From a virus: a stretch of 44,275 nucleotides of DNA. Positions 17,070 to 25,256 of this stretch are shown in pieces. Below the pieces are notes generated by a model. That model was not told the DNA's origin. It did no database searches and saw only the letters and a program-made list of their open reading frames with translations. Each line of letters begins with the position of its first letter. The stretch's first letter is position 1. Location of the stretch: the IMG/VR virus record IMGVR_UViG_3300031716_000019; one strand, 5' to 3'. The translations under genes were made by a program, and so were the position numbers.

Positions 17070-19201
17070 TCTTTTCTGTATCGGTACGTGTCGAAACCGG
17101 CGGCGGCCAGCGGTAAGCCGTCTGCCCAATGTGGGTTCGTCGACATGATCCGCGCCACTTCCTCGTGATTGAATTCGAACGAGTCTTCAGGTTCGGTAAG
17201 CAGTTCGTCGTGCACTGACAGCACGATCGGGCAGCCCGCTTCCTCGAGCGCCGGCATGTTGTGCGCGAGCACGTCGCGCGCGGCGGCTTGGCAGAGGTTT
17301 TCGAAGAGCTTCCCGCCGTAGGTTTTGATGCGCTGCCACTTGCGCGTGTAGCTGTTCAGGCCCATGTACGAAATTTCGCCAGCGTCGCTCACTTCCGGCG
17401 AGGGGTAGCAGAGATGCCGGCCGCTGGGCAATTGCAGGCGCAACCACGTACCGTCACGCCGCACCTTGACGCGGCCCGCGCGCAGCGTGACGCCGGGGTG
17501 CCGAATCGCCTGGATCACAGCATCGCGCAGTTCGCCCCACAATGCGACGATTCCGGGATGCGCCGCGCGCCAGCCGCGCTTCAAAATCTCGCAGGCAATG
17601 AACACTTCTTTTTCCAAGCCCAGCGTCTTGCGCTTTTTCTTCGCCCACTCGTAGAAGCCAAATGCGTCTTTCACGATGTCCTGCGGCAGTTCGTCGAGCG
17701 CACTGAAGACGGCCGCAGCGATGCTCAGCAGTTCCATCTTGTAGGTCATCGCCATCGTGACAAACGCGCCAACACCCCCCTCGTAGCCGAGCGCGAGTTC
17801 CTGCACCTTGCCGAGCTGGCGCTGTTCCTTCGTCACGCTGTCAACGGGCACGCTAAACGAGCGGCCGTAGGCCACTTTGTAGAGGTCGGGGCCGGTGCCC
17901 GCGTCGTACTCGCGAAACGCCTTCAACTTCCAGTCCTCGCCAGCGAGCCACGCGGCCATCCGACCTTCGATATTCGCTAAGTCGGCGATAGACAGCTGCT
18001 TGCTGCTCGGCGCGACGATGCAGCCGCGCACGATGTTGCCGGTCAAGCCCATTACGTTGTCGAAGACCAGATGCGCAGAATCGTTCTTCAGCGCATCGAC
18101 GCCTTGCTCGAGATACGCGGCCATGACTTCGTCGGTCAGCTTGTCGGCGCGCATTTCCTTCAGGATCAGCGGCACGTCCGGCCGCGGCATGTTTTGCGGC
18201 TGGAACATGCGCGCCGCCCAGCGACCAGTGCGGTTCGCGCCGCAGAATTGCAGCAGACCGCGCAGGCGCCCGTCGCTCGACACACCGTTCAGGAGCGTCT
18301 GGTACTTGCTCGTCGACGTCATGCTCGCCTCGAGCCGGATTGCGAGCATCTCGCGCAGCGGCTCAGGCAGGTTCGGGTCAGCGATGCGCCGCTCGAGCGT
18401 GGCTTTCTTCAGGTCGGGCAGGTCGACGTTGTACTCGGCCAGTAAGTGCTTGAGCAGTGCGTCGCGCTGCGTGGCCTTCGCTACTTCGCCATCAGTCAGG
18501 TTCTTTGTGCGCGCGGCGAGGTCCTTCTGTGTGCGATCGACGGCGCGGATCGCCGCTTCAGCGAGCTCGACGTCGACGGCAATGCCGCGATCGTTGATCG
18601 TCAGATCGAGATGCCACAGCGCGAGCTCGCGCGGGTTCGCGGGAAAATTCCATTTCGGGCACTTCGCGTGCACGGCGCGCATTGAAACAATGTCCATGCG
18701 CGCGTAGTCAACGAACTCCTGCCAGAGCGCGGGGTGCGTTTCGCGCGTAGCGCGGCGCAGCTTCTGGTTCTTTGGGGCGGGTTTGCAAAACGTGGTTATG
18801 AGCGTCTTGCCGGTCTTCAGTTTCCGATCATCTTGCGGTAACTGCAGAATCTCGCAGAGGCGGTCGAGCGAGCCGGGGAGGCTGTGCGCCAAGGCTTGCA
18901 CGAGCGTGTCGCGCCAACGGTGCAGCGGCATGCGCGCGTACACGTCAGGCATCGCATGCTTGATGATGACGCGATCGAACTGGCCGCCATTATGAAACCA
19001 CAGTTCACAGTCGGGGTCGTCGATAATCGCCGCGAGCGAAGCGGGCATCGGCTCGCCCGTGGTCACGTCCCAGGCGTGCACCGGGCCGTCTTCGAGCGCG
19101 TACACCCAAATCAGGATTTCCGCCTTTTCTGCGTAGCGGTGCACGCCATGCTTCAACGGTGTTTCGCTGTAGGTCTCGAGATCGTGGTAGCTCTTGCTCA
19201 T
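17066..19201 (-). CDS. Family A DNA polymerase with 3'-5' exonuclease domain
   Basis: Exo motif HDLETYS is present, together with Pol A motifs (IADLANIEGR, RQLGKVQELALGYEGG, SVHDELL). The start is taken at MSKSYHD (ATGA overlap with the HNH stop). The upstream 72 codons of the track ORF look non-coding. Confidence 0.93.
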   Translation of the reverse strand: MSKSYHDLETYSETPLKHGVHRYAEKAEILIWVYALEDGPVHAWDVTTGEPMPASLAAIIDDPDCELWFHNGGQFDRVIIKHAMPDVYARMPLHRWRDTLVQALAHSLPGSLDRLCEILQLPQDDRKLKTGKTLITTFCKPAPKNQKLRRATRETHPALWQEFVDYARMDIVSMRAVHAKCPKWNFPANPRELALWHLDLTINDRGIAVDVELAEAAIRAVDRTQKDLAARTKNLTDGEVAKATQRDALLKHLLAEYNVDLPDLKKATLERRIADPNLPEPLREMLAIRLEASMTSTSKYQTLLNGVSSDGRLRGLLQFCGANRTGRWAARMFQPQNMPRPDVPLILKEMRADKLTDEVMAAYLEQGVDALKNDSAHLVFDNVMGLTGNIVRGCIVAPSSKQLSIADLANIEGRMAAWLAGEDWKLKAFREYDAGTGPDLYKVAYGRSFSVPVDSVTKEQRQLGKVQELALGYEGGVGAFVTMAMTYKMELLSIAAAVFSALDELPQDIVKDAFGFYEWAKKKRKTLGLEKEVFIACEILKRGWRAAHPGIVALWGELRDAVIQAIRHPGVTLRAGRVKVRRDGTWLRLQLPSGRHLCYPSPEVSDAGEISYMGLNSYTRKWQRIKTYGGKLFENLCQAAARDVLAHNMPALEEAGCPIVLSVHDELLTEPEDSFEFNHEEVARIMSTNPHWADGLPLAAAGFDTYRYRKD

Positions 19202-19701
19202 ACGTGCGACCCGTTCCGGCCTGAAAGTATCAGGCCTATCGTGTTTCGGTGGACCCCGTACCGCGCTGCCAGCGCTCGAACTCCGACGCCAGCCAACGCA
19301 TCGCCCCGTATGACTGAAACATCTGCTGCCGTAAGCCGCGCCTTGTGGTTTTTCTCGCCGCGCAACATCAGCCCGTTTTGGGCCGCGCGACGCATATTTT
19401 CTTGCGAAGTTACCCACTCAAGATTTGCGGCCGCGCAGTTCTGCTTATCGCAGTCCAGATGGTCCACTTCGGGTAGATTGTCGGGGTTCGGGATGAATAC
19501 CAAAGCAACAAGTCGATGCAGACGGTATCTAACTTGCGCGCCGTTGGGAGACGTAAGGCACGCTTGCAGATACCCGCTGCTCAAAAGCGTTGGGTGCATG
19601 ATTCGGCCTTCTGCGTGCCTGCAGAACGTTTTAACGCGCCCTTGATCGCTGACCTGATAGCGCCCTTCGAATCCAGGCACGTCGCGCCATTGCTCGATCA
19701 T
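19198..19701 (-). CDS. Homing endonuclease (NUMOD4 + HNH_3-type)
   Basis: WRDVPGFEGRYQVSDQGRV is a NUMOD4-like motif. VDHLDCDKQNCAAANLEWVTSQEN is an HNH_3-like motif. There is also a C-terminal HTH-like tail. Confidence 0.85.
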   Translation of the reverse strand: MIEQWRDVPGFEGRYQVSDQGRVKTFCRHAEGRIMHPTLLSSGYLQACLTSPNGAQVRYRLHRLVALVFIPNPDNLPEVDHLDCDKQNCAAANLEWVTSQENMRRAAQNGLMLRGEKNHKARLTAADVSVIRGDALAGVGVRALAARYGVHRNTIGLILSGRNGSHV

Positions 19702-19892
19702 TCGCCCTCCACCTCAAACTCATGCCCGCACTCAGGGCACATCACACTATCCTCGTCTTCATCCTCACCCGGCTCTCCCTGCGCCGCAAACCGCTTCGCC
19801 GCTTCGATCACCGCGTCGATGTCGTCAGGGTCTGCGCCAAGCGCACGACGCAGCTCTGCGTCGTCGTAGCTGCCGTAATTGCGAATCGTCAT
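19698..19892 (-). CDS. Small acidic protein with CPECG zinc-ribbon-like motif (64 aa)
   Basis: In-frame ATG (MTIRNYGSYDD) with ATGA overlaps at both ends. Very acidic C-terminus. Confidence 0.5.
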   Translation of the reverse strand: MTIRNYGSYDDAELRRALGADPDDIDAVIEAAKRFAAQGEPGEDEDEDSVMCPECGHEFEVEGE

Positions 19893-20173
19893 GCTTCCCC
19901 CGCCGTTTGCTGTTCTTCGAGCACACGATCCGCGACGAGCTTCGCGTAGCCGACGATGTCGTGCCAGTTGTCGTGATAGTTCGGGTCGCCGTTGAGAATG
20001 CGCGCGATCTTGTCGGCGATGACCTCGAGCGCTTGGCGTTGATCCGGTGCGAGCCGTGCCCAGCCGTCCGTTACCCACATTGCGTCTTTGATTTCCTGCG
20101 CGATCACTGCATGGTCTGCGAAGCGTCCATAGCGCGTGCCGCGCTCGGCCAACGTTGCGTTGATGTCACTCAC
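19889..20173 (-). CDS. Conserved phage protein (helical, unknown function)
   Basis: GTG start with GGAG 8 nt upstream. The ERGTRYGRF..ALEVIADKIARILNGDPNYHDNWHDIVGYAKL pattern recurs in phage replication modules. Confidence 0.55.
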   Translation of the reverse strand: MSDINATLAERGTRYGRFADHAVIAQEIKDAMWVTDGWARLAPDQRQALEVIADKIARILNGDPNYHDNWHDIVGYAKLVADRVLEEQQTAGEA

Positions 20174-20354
20174 GGGTAATCTCCGATAGGGTTAGAAATA
20201 GGCTTTGCTCAGGTTTGCCGCACCTCATTAGCGCCCACGACTTGCGCACCTCGCGGCAGTGAAGAAGCTATGCGGGCCACCGCGATTCGCGACCTGAACC
20301 TGTGTACGATCCCGCCTCGGACCGTTTGGAGCGAGCGCCCCGCTAAATTCGTTA

Positions 20355-20370
20355 CCCCGCCGAAGCGGGG
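20355..20370 (-). terminator. GC hairpin with UUCG loop after the SSB-like gene (attenuator or RNA-stabilising hairpin)
   Basis: On the - strand it reads CCCCGC-TTCG-GCGGGG followed by TAACGAATTT. The U-tract is weak. Confidence 0.35.
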
Positions 20371-20379
20371 CGAAATTAC

Positions 20380-20392
20380 TTAGGAGTCCGAA
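20380..20392. repeat. Dyad element copy A3 (TTAGGAGTCCGAA)
   Basis: Located 3 nt downstream of the stop of 20396..20950, with no gene start nearby. Confidence 0.75.
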
Positions 20393-20395
20393 ACA

Positions 20396-20950
20396 TCACT
20401 CCAAATCGTTGTTCGCGTCGGCGCCGTCGCCCATGTCTTCGAAGTCGTCCGCAGCGGCCACGCCACCGCCTGCGAAGGCGTCGCCGTCCTTCACAAACTG
20501 GATACCCTTCAGCGATGCGTTGATGCGCTTGCCATACTGGTTGTCCTGGGCCCACACGTCGATGATCGCGTTCACGTAGCAGCCGGCGTACGGCTTGCCA
20601 TCGGCTTCGGTCAGCGGCGAGCGGTCGCGGTCGATCACGGTCGGGCGCTGCGCGTTGCTGCTGTTCACGAAGAAGTTGCCCTCGTAGCCTTCGTACTCGG
20701 CCTTGCTGTCGCCGTTCTTGAGCACCAGCTTGTCCGGCGTCGTGTTCAGCGCCTTCATCACCGTCTCGACCTTCGCTGCCCATTTTTCCTTGGCGACTTG
20801 CGTCTGCGCGGCGAGCACGTCCTTGTACGCCTGGCTGTTCTTGTCGAAAAGAAAAGCAGCCGAGAACTTGGCTGCGTCGCTGCCAGCGATGGTCTTGGCT
20901 TCGAAGATTGCGGGGAAAGCGAGACGGACGTTTTTGAGAATGACTTGCAT
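20396..20950 (-). CDS. DUF2815-type phage ssDNA-binding protein
   Basis: N-terminus VILKNVRLAFPAIFEAK, and C-terminus GCYVNAIIDVWAQDNQYGKRINASLKGIQFVKDGDAF with an acidic tail, are typical of DUF2815. Confidence 0.8.
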   Translation of the reverse strand: MQVILKNVRLAFPAIFEAKTIAGSDAAKFSAAFLFDKNSQAYKDVLAAQTQVAKEKWAAKVETVMKALNTTPDKLVLKNGDSKAEYEGYEGNFFVNSSNAQRPTVIDRDRSPLTEADGKPYAGCYVNAIIDVWAQDNQYGKRINASLKGIQFVKDGDAFAGGGVAAADDFEDMGDGADANNDLE

Positions 20951-20953
20951 TTT

Positions 20954-21148
20954 TTAATTTACCTTTTTGAAGAACTGGGGGAACCGCATCTTTACCTTGA
21001 AGATCGCTTCGTCAATCAGCACTGCGCGCTCTTCGGGATCTTTCAGCTTCCGGGCTTCGTGCGCAGCGAGAATCAGCGTTGCGCGGGCCTGCGCCGGCAG
21101 GATTCGGCTGGTGTTCTGTGACACCAGCATTTCGGATGCGAAGTTCAT
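20954..21148 (-). CDS. Hypothetical protein (64 aa)
   Basis: ORF track. Tightly packed in the early-left operon. Confidence 0.5.
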   Translation of the reverse strand: MNFASEMLVSQNTSRILPAQARATLILAAHEARKLKDPEERAVLIDEAIFKVKMRFPQFFKKVN

Positions 21149-21339
21149 TGCGCACTCCGCATGCGCTGCTGTGCAGCGAGGTAATCCTGTTCGGCCGTCA
21201 GCGTCGCGCAGCGCAGCGCACCGATGAGCATGCTGAATGTCGCGTCGCTCGTGCGGATCTTGTTGACTGCTTCGTCGATGATCTTGTGGACTTCCAGAGC
21301 CGTCATCGGCTGGGCGGGTTTTTCTTTTTTGGTTGCCAT
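21145..21339 (-). CDS. Hypothetical protein (64 aa)
   Basis: ORF track. 4-nt overlap with the downstream gene. Confidence 0.5.
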   Translation of the reverse strand: MATKKEKPAQPMTALEVHKIIDEAVNKIRTSDATFSMLIGALRCATLTAEQDYLAAQQRMRSAQ

Positions 21340-21350
21340 TGTTTTTGTCC

Positions 21351-22646
21351 TTAAACGAGGTCGTCGTTCTCGTCGGCTAGGGTTTCAAATTGATCCGCGA
21401 CTTTCTCGATGAGCACAGCGGGGCGCGGATCACTCTCAGGTACCACGGTGTTGTTGCCTTCGGACTGCGTCACGAGCGCCGAAGCCTTCTTCCACTTGCG
21501 TGGGTTTTCCTTCAGCACCTTCTCGACGCGCGTCGGGCTCGCGAGCTCGTAGTCGTACATCTCGTCGTGCTTCAGGCGCATTGCCTTCAGCACCGCCTCA
21601 GCTTCCTCAGCGCTCGACCACTTGCGATTACCCTTGCGGCTCTTCACGACCTTGGTGCCGGCGACCGTGTGACCGGCGAAGTTCAGCTGCTCGATCTTCG
21701 CGAACACTGCCTTGCGCCACAGGTCGATTACGTCAAGCGCCGGGAAGATTCGCGCGAGGTCGTCGGGCGTGAGCGCCTCGACCTTCGGGTGCAGCGTGGG
21801 CACAGTCATATCTTCGAACTGCGCCGCTATCGTGTCCTGCGTCAGCTTGGCGAGCCCCGGGCACACGGCGCGGCCGCGGCAGAATCGGCACTGCTTTTCG
21901 CCTGGCTTGAACAGATCGAGATGAAACTTGCCGTCGTCCGATCCGCTCTTTCGTGCGTACTCGACGCGCCGCACATGCCCCATTGCGATCTCTGCGGCCG
22001 GTATTGCGGCTGCGGCTGCCCAGTGCTCAAGGTCCGCAACGTTCGTCGTCCACTCGCGCGGCGTCTCTGAAACGCGCGGCTGGCTGATCGTCAGATTCAC
22101 TTCGTCGAAGTCCGCGAGCAGGCCGAACTTTTCGATTGAACCGAGCCCGTACAGCTTCGTCTGCGGATTCTCGACCACGTCGACCTGCACGCCTCGCCCG
22201 TACTTCAGGTCGATTACCTCGATGAGCGCCTCGTCGCCCTTCGTCGCGATAATGATCGCGTCGCTGGTGCCTTCTGCGCCTTCCTCGCCGGTAATGTGAC
22301 CAATCGGCACGCGCTGCTCGACTTCGAGCTGCACTTCGTAGCCAGCGGCTTCGTACGCCTTGACCTTGTTGCGAACGAGGTCGACATAGGTCTGTACGTA
22401 CTCGGCCATGTCCGCGTCGACTTCGTGGCCCTTGGGCAGCTTTCGGCCGATGTAGTCTGCCGCGTTGTCACCGTTCACCAGGCAGTCAGCGGCGAGCGTG
22501 TGCGCGTCGGTGCCTTCGTCCGCAAACTCGCTGCTGTCGTTCGGCTCGCTCAAACCGAGCGCGATCGACTGTTCGCATTCCAGCCAAGTGTGCGCGGACG
22601 ATGGGCTCAGAAGCGCGTGGTAGTTGTCATCGCGCACGTCAGTCAC
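21351..22646 (-). CDS. PD-(D/E)XK exonuclease, DUF2800 / Cas4-like with Cys cluster
   Basis: There is an N-terminal SPSSAHTWLECEQS, a DLKYG nuclease motif, and a C-terminal CRFCRGRAVCPG cluster. This is the standard partner of DUF2815 and Pol A. Confidence 0.85.
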   Translation of the reverse strand: MTDVRDDNYHALLSPSSAHTWLECEQSIALGLSEPNDSSEFADEGTDAHTLAADCLVNGDNAADYIGRKLPKGHEVDADMAEYVQTYVDLVRNKVKAYEAAGYEVQLEVEQRVPIGHITGEEGAEGTSDAIIIATKGDEALIEVIDLKYGRGVQVDVVENPQTKLYGLGSIEKFGLLADFDEVNLTISQPRVSETPREWTTNVADLEHWAAAAAIPAAEIAMGHVRRVEYARKSGSDDGKFHLDLFKPGEKQCRFCRGRAVCPGLAKLTQDTIAAQFEDMTVPTLHPKVEALTPDDLARIFPALDVIDLWRKAVFAKIEQLNFAGHTVAGTKVVKSRKGNRKWSSAEEAEAVLKAMRLKHDEMYDYELASPTRVEKVLKENPRKWKKASALVTQSEGNNTVVPESDPRPAVLIEKVADQFETLADENDDLV

Positions 22647-22869
22647 GGCTGTTCTCCAAGGTCACGGTGCCGTTGAAGTCGGTGAAAAACTGCATGCCCC
22701 AGCTTTCGGTGTAATAACCGACCTTATGGACCCCGCTTTCCGCCTCCCGAACAGAGGTGCCGATGCCTGGGCCCGAGAACAGCACAACCTCGCCGTCCTT
22801 GGCAACCATCAACTTCGGGAACGAAATTGGTAAGGACTCCGAAACATTAACCTGCGCTTTTATTGCCAC
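22639..22869 (-). CDS. Hypothetical protein
   Basis: ORF track (GTG 22869). Alternative ATG at 22809. Overlaps the exonuclease start. Confidence 0.5.
   Translation of the reverse strand: MAIKAQVNVSESLPISFPKLMVAKDGEVVLFSGPGIGTSVREAESGVHKVGYYTESWGMQFFTDFNGTVTLENSRD
22831..22843. repeat. Dyad element copy A4 (TAAGGACTCCGAA)
   Basis: Lies inside the 5' end of 22639..22869 and the 3' end of 22847..23008. Confidence 0.7.
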
Positions 22870-23008
22870 GTTTCACCCCCGTTTTTGAAGCAGGTTTCGC
22901 TTGTGCACCGCGCGTCGGTGCGGGCTTGCGGCGTGCCGGTCGCATCGTGCGGAAGAAGCCCATCACCGCGAGCGCCATGCCGGGTTCGTGTTGCGTTGCG
23001 CGAGACAT
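22847..23008 (-). CDS. Basic 53-aa protein
   Basis: Hand translation: MSRATQHEPGMALAVMGFFRTMRPARRKPAPTRGAQAKPASKTGVKRGNKSAG. The ATG follows the dyad element (TCCTAACTAAATG). Confidence 0.35.
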   Translation of the reverse strand: MSRATQHEPGMALAVMGFFRTMRPARRKPAPTRGAQAKPASKTGVKRGNKSAG

Positions 23009-23012
23009 TTAG

Positions 23013-23025
23013 TTAGGACTCCGAA
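23013..23025. repeat. Dyad element copy A5 (TTAGGACTCCGAA)
   Basis: Covers the last codons (ISES) and the stop of 23013..23222. Confidence 0.75.
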
Positions 23026-23222
23026 ATGTCGATGCAGTTTTCTTCGAGATGATCGGCGAGTGCATCGAAAATCTTGTCGCACTCTGCCGCCGTCGCGGGC
23101 GGCTCTTCGGGCAGGTTGAAGTCCTCGAGGATCTTGACGATCTTGGGGTGTCCGTTCCGCTCGTTGGTAGCCGACCAGCGCATCGCGCGGTAACGTCGGG
23201 CCTGCTGTTCGATCGTGCTCAT
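23013..23222 (-). CDS. Hypothetical protein (69 aa)
   Basis: ORF track. AAGGA SD upstream of the ATG. Confidence 0.55.
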   Translation of the reverse strand: MSTIEQQARRYRAMRWSATNERNGHPKIVKILEDFNLPEEPPATAAECDKIFDALADHLEENCIDISES

Positions 23223-23238
23223 GGCGCTATCCTTTTAG

Positions 23239-23251
23239 TTAGGAGTCCGAA
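23239..23251. repeat. Dyad element copy A6 (TTAGGAGTCCGAA)
   Basis: Intergenic, between the stop of 23257..23757 and the SD of 23013..23222. Confidence 0.75.
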
Positions 23252-23256
23252 ACGTT

Positions 23257-23757
23257 TCACTCCAAACCCTCGGCGCCTTCGGGCAGTACTGCTTCGCTCG
23301 CATCCTCGCCGGCCATGACCTTCTGCGCGAGCGCATAGACGTCTGCGTAGACCGCAATGCCGAGCTGGCTGATCTTCTGCACACCGAACCGTTGAAGCAG
23401 TGCTTCGGCTTGCTCGCGGCTGTCTTGCGGCGTGCCGCGGCTCTTCTTCGACACCTCGAGCACGGCTTGCTTCACCGCGTCGAAGTCAACTTCCGGCTTC
23501 GTCGGCGCCGTGGATTCCGGCGAGGAAGCGGGCGAAGTGTCGGAAGTGGGCTTCGATTTCGGCGTTTCGGGCTTTTTTGCGGCTTCTTCCTTCTCGACCT
23601 TGGTCGGCTGCTCGGTGGCTGCCCAGGCGGGGGCGATCGTCACTGGTGCGGCGACGGGCGTCGACATGCCGGCGGTAAATGCGTTGCCGCTCTTCAATTG
23701 AGCGATCAACGCATTAATTGCGGACGTATTTTCGGACAGCGCTTGCTCGAGACTCAT
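23257..23757 (-). CDS. Hypothetical early protein (166 aa, central P/T/S/K-rich linker)
   Basis: ORF track. First gene of the early-left operon. SD GAGAGGAAA. Confidence 0.6.
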   Translation of the reverse strand: MSLEQALSENTSAINALIAQLKSGNAFTAGMSTPVAAPVTIAPAWAATEQPTKVEKEEAAKKPETPKSKPTSDTSPASSPESTAPTKPEVDFDAVKQAVLEVSKKSRGTPQDSREQAEALLQRFGVQKISQLGIAVYADVYALAQKVMAGEDASEAVLPEGAEGLE

Positions 23758-23825
23758 TTCAGATTTCCTCTCAGGTTTAACTGCATTCGTCGGAACAACG
23801 GGATGAAATTTATGCCCCGATTTCG

Positions 23826-23854
23826 ACTATAGCAAGCGGTATATTTGTGTTGCT
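23826..23854 (-). promoter_or_regulatory. Early-left promoter candidate (TGC-TATAGT extended -10, weak -35)
   Basis: -10 is the reverse complement of 23826-23831. It lies about 70 nt upstream of ATG 23757, in the divergent control region. Confidence 0.3.
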
Positions 23855-23872
23855 CCCCCTTGACACTTTATT

Positions 23873-23901
23873 TACGCTGTGGTTGCAGCATCTGCTATAA
23901 C
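23873..23901 (+). promoter_or_regulatory. Early-right promoter candidate (GCATCTGC-TATAAC)
   Basis: A 13-nt stretch, GCATCTGCTATAA, is identical to the promoter at 30488-30515. The -35 is poor. Confidence 0.3.
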
Positions 23902-24016
23902 GCTGCGTGAAATCGTCGCAGGCCTTGTCCGGCATGGCTTGCAAGGTATTCCGCACGGATTGCATACGGTGCGAGAAGTAGTTTCGTCGGATGAATGCGA
24001 CACGGTTTTTTAAATA

Positions 24017-24045
24017 ACTGTTGCGTGTTTCGCACATGCTACAAT
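24017..24045 (+). promoter_or_regulatory. Promoter candidate with TTTCGCACATGC-TACAAT
   Basis: The conserved 12-mer (24028-24039) abuts TACAAT (24040-24045). The -35 is weak. It lies 30 nt upstream of ATG 24075. Confidence 0.35.
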
Positions 24046-24074
24046 CGCGTATCGACATTGAAAGGATGCAAGCC

Positions 24075-24362
24075 ATGGGCAGCAAGAAGCTTCACGAGTG
24101 GATGAAGGCGGCCACGCCTGACGAGCAGCACGCACTGGCCGCCGCGGCGACGACGTCTCGCTCGGTGCTCTACCAGTTGTGCTACCCGAAAGAGAAGGGC
24201 GGCCGTGTCGCATCGGCCGAACTAGCTGACCGGATCGAGACCGCGGCTAAGCCGATCACATCGAAATCGAAGGGCAGACTGCCGCAGCTCACGCGAGCCG
24301 ATCTGTGCCCGGCGTGCGCAGCGTGCCCCTACTTCGCGAAGTGTGGGCCGCGCTCTGATTAA
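24075..24362 (+). CDS. Putative HTH regulator with C-terminal CxxCxxC motif
   Basis: In-frame ATG with AAAGGA SD, within track ORF 24021..24362. First gene of the rightward early unit. The HTH-like segment is SRSVLYQL..ASAELADRI. Confidence 0.55.
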   Translation: MGSKKLHEWMKAATPDEQHALAAAATTSRSVLYQLCYPKEKGGRVASAELADRIETAAKPITSKSKGRLPQLTRADLCPACAACPYFAKCGPRSD

Positions 24363-24446
24363 AGCAATCGCGAAAAAATTCTTCGTGACAAACGTCTCCC
24401 TGATCGGCTAGATTTGCCTCTGTCCTAATTCGTATAGAGGCGTGTC

Positions 24447-24650
24447 ATGTTGATCGGGGTAACGGATGTTGTTGAACTTCTGGAAGTGTCTAGGTCGACC
24501 GTTTATCGGTTGATGGAGCGGCACGACTTCCCAAAAGCTATTAAGGTTGGCGGCTCAGTGCGATGGGATTTTAAGGAGGTCGATGCTTGGGTGGAGGCGC
24601 AGAAAGCGAAGCGCGACGGTTCATTGGGCGCCGAAACTTCGGAGTCCTAA
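24447..24650 (+). CDS. AlpA / excisionase-type HTH regulator
   Basis: VVELLEVSRSTVYRLMERHDFPKAIKVGGSVRWDFKEVDAWV matches the AlpA-family pattern. Confidence 0.75.
   Translation: MLIGVTDVVELLEVSRSTVYRLMERHDFPKAIKVGGSVRWDFKEVDAWVEAQKAKRDGSLGAETSES
24638..24650. repeat. Dyad element copy A7 (TTCGGAGTCCTAA)
   Basis: Encodes SES plus the stop of 24447..24650. It lies 3 nt before ATG 24654. Confidence 0.75.
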
Positions 24651-24653
24651 GCA

Positions 24654-25256
24654 ATGAAGGTCTGCACGAAATGCGGTGCCGAGAAGACGCTTGATGGATT
24701 CGGCAGGGATAGGGGTAGGTTGCGCAGCCATTGCAAAGTGTGCGCAACTGCTGCAGGCAAAAAGTGGGGCGAAGAGAACCGGGAGCGCGTGGCTAGAAAC
24801 CGCAAAAAGTGGCGAGAAGAAAACCCGGGGCGCTACGCAGCCAATAGTAAAAAGTGGCGCGAAGAGAATCAGGCTCGCGTGGCCGCCAACAACAAAAAGT
24901 GGTACGAAGAGAATCGCGAGCGCGTAGCTGCCTACAACAAAAAGCGGAGAGAAGAAAACCCGGAGCGCGAACGGGAGTTGCAATTGAAGCGTAAGTACGG
25001 TATCGGCCTAGTGGAGTACCAACAAATGGCGGACGCGCAGAATGGAAAGTGCGCGATTTGCCGCGGGGAGAATGAACATCGATCAATGCCTGTTGACCAC
25101 GACCATCATACCGGTCAGGTGAGGGGACTACTGTGCGACCTCTGTAACCAAATGATCGGACTGGGTCGCGACAACGAATTCATTTTGGAGTCCGCGATCG
25201 AGTACCTGCGCAAGCACCGCGCGATCGGTCGGACGGAGAATCTGGACTTGATATGA
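24654..25256 (+). CDS. Endonuclease VII-family (HNH-like) homing endonuclease
   Basis: CAICRGENEHRSMPVDHDHHTGQVRGLLCDLCNQMIG matches the recombination endonuclease VII signature. ATGA overlap with the primase gene. Confidence 0.85.
   Translation: MKVCTKCGAEKTLDGFGRDRGRLRSHCKVCATAAGKKWGEENRERVARNRKKWREENPGRYAANSKKWREENQARVAANNKKWYEENRERVAAYNKKRREENPERERELQLKRKYGIGLVEYQQMADAQNGKCAICRGENEHRSMPVDHDHHTGQVRGLLCDLCNQMIGLGRDNEFILESAIEYLRKHRAIGRTENLDLI
24750..24959 (+). repeat. Five tandem 42-bp coding repeats (14-aa unit A-x-N-x-KKWREEN-x-ERV)
   Basis: Seen in the translation as KKWGEENRERV / KKWREENPGRY / KKWREENQARV / KKWYEENRERV / KKRREENPERE. Confidence 0.7.

Noticed and set aside
19202-19417. 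72-codon N-terminal extension of the DNA polymerase ORF (track start 19417).
   Set aside because: The extension is Arg/Gly/Ser-rich and lies entirely inside the HNH_3 endonuclease gene in another frame. The polymerase exo motif begins right after MSKSYHD, whose ATG overlaps the endonuclease stop (ATGA).
20174-20354. The 180-bp intergenic gap in the early-left operon as a hidden gene or RNA.
   Set aside because: Only a 12-codon ORF is present. There is no clear promoter of either family. It shares only a short AAACCTGAG leader motif with two other - strand genes. The evidence is insufficient to call a feature.
23810-24085. 91-aa ORF (-) across the divergent early control region, considered as a possible repressor gene.
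   Set aside because: It covers both sets of promoter elements. It has no HTH-like segment, atypical Cys/Asn/Ser-rich composition and no SD.
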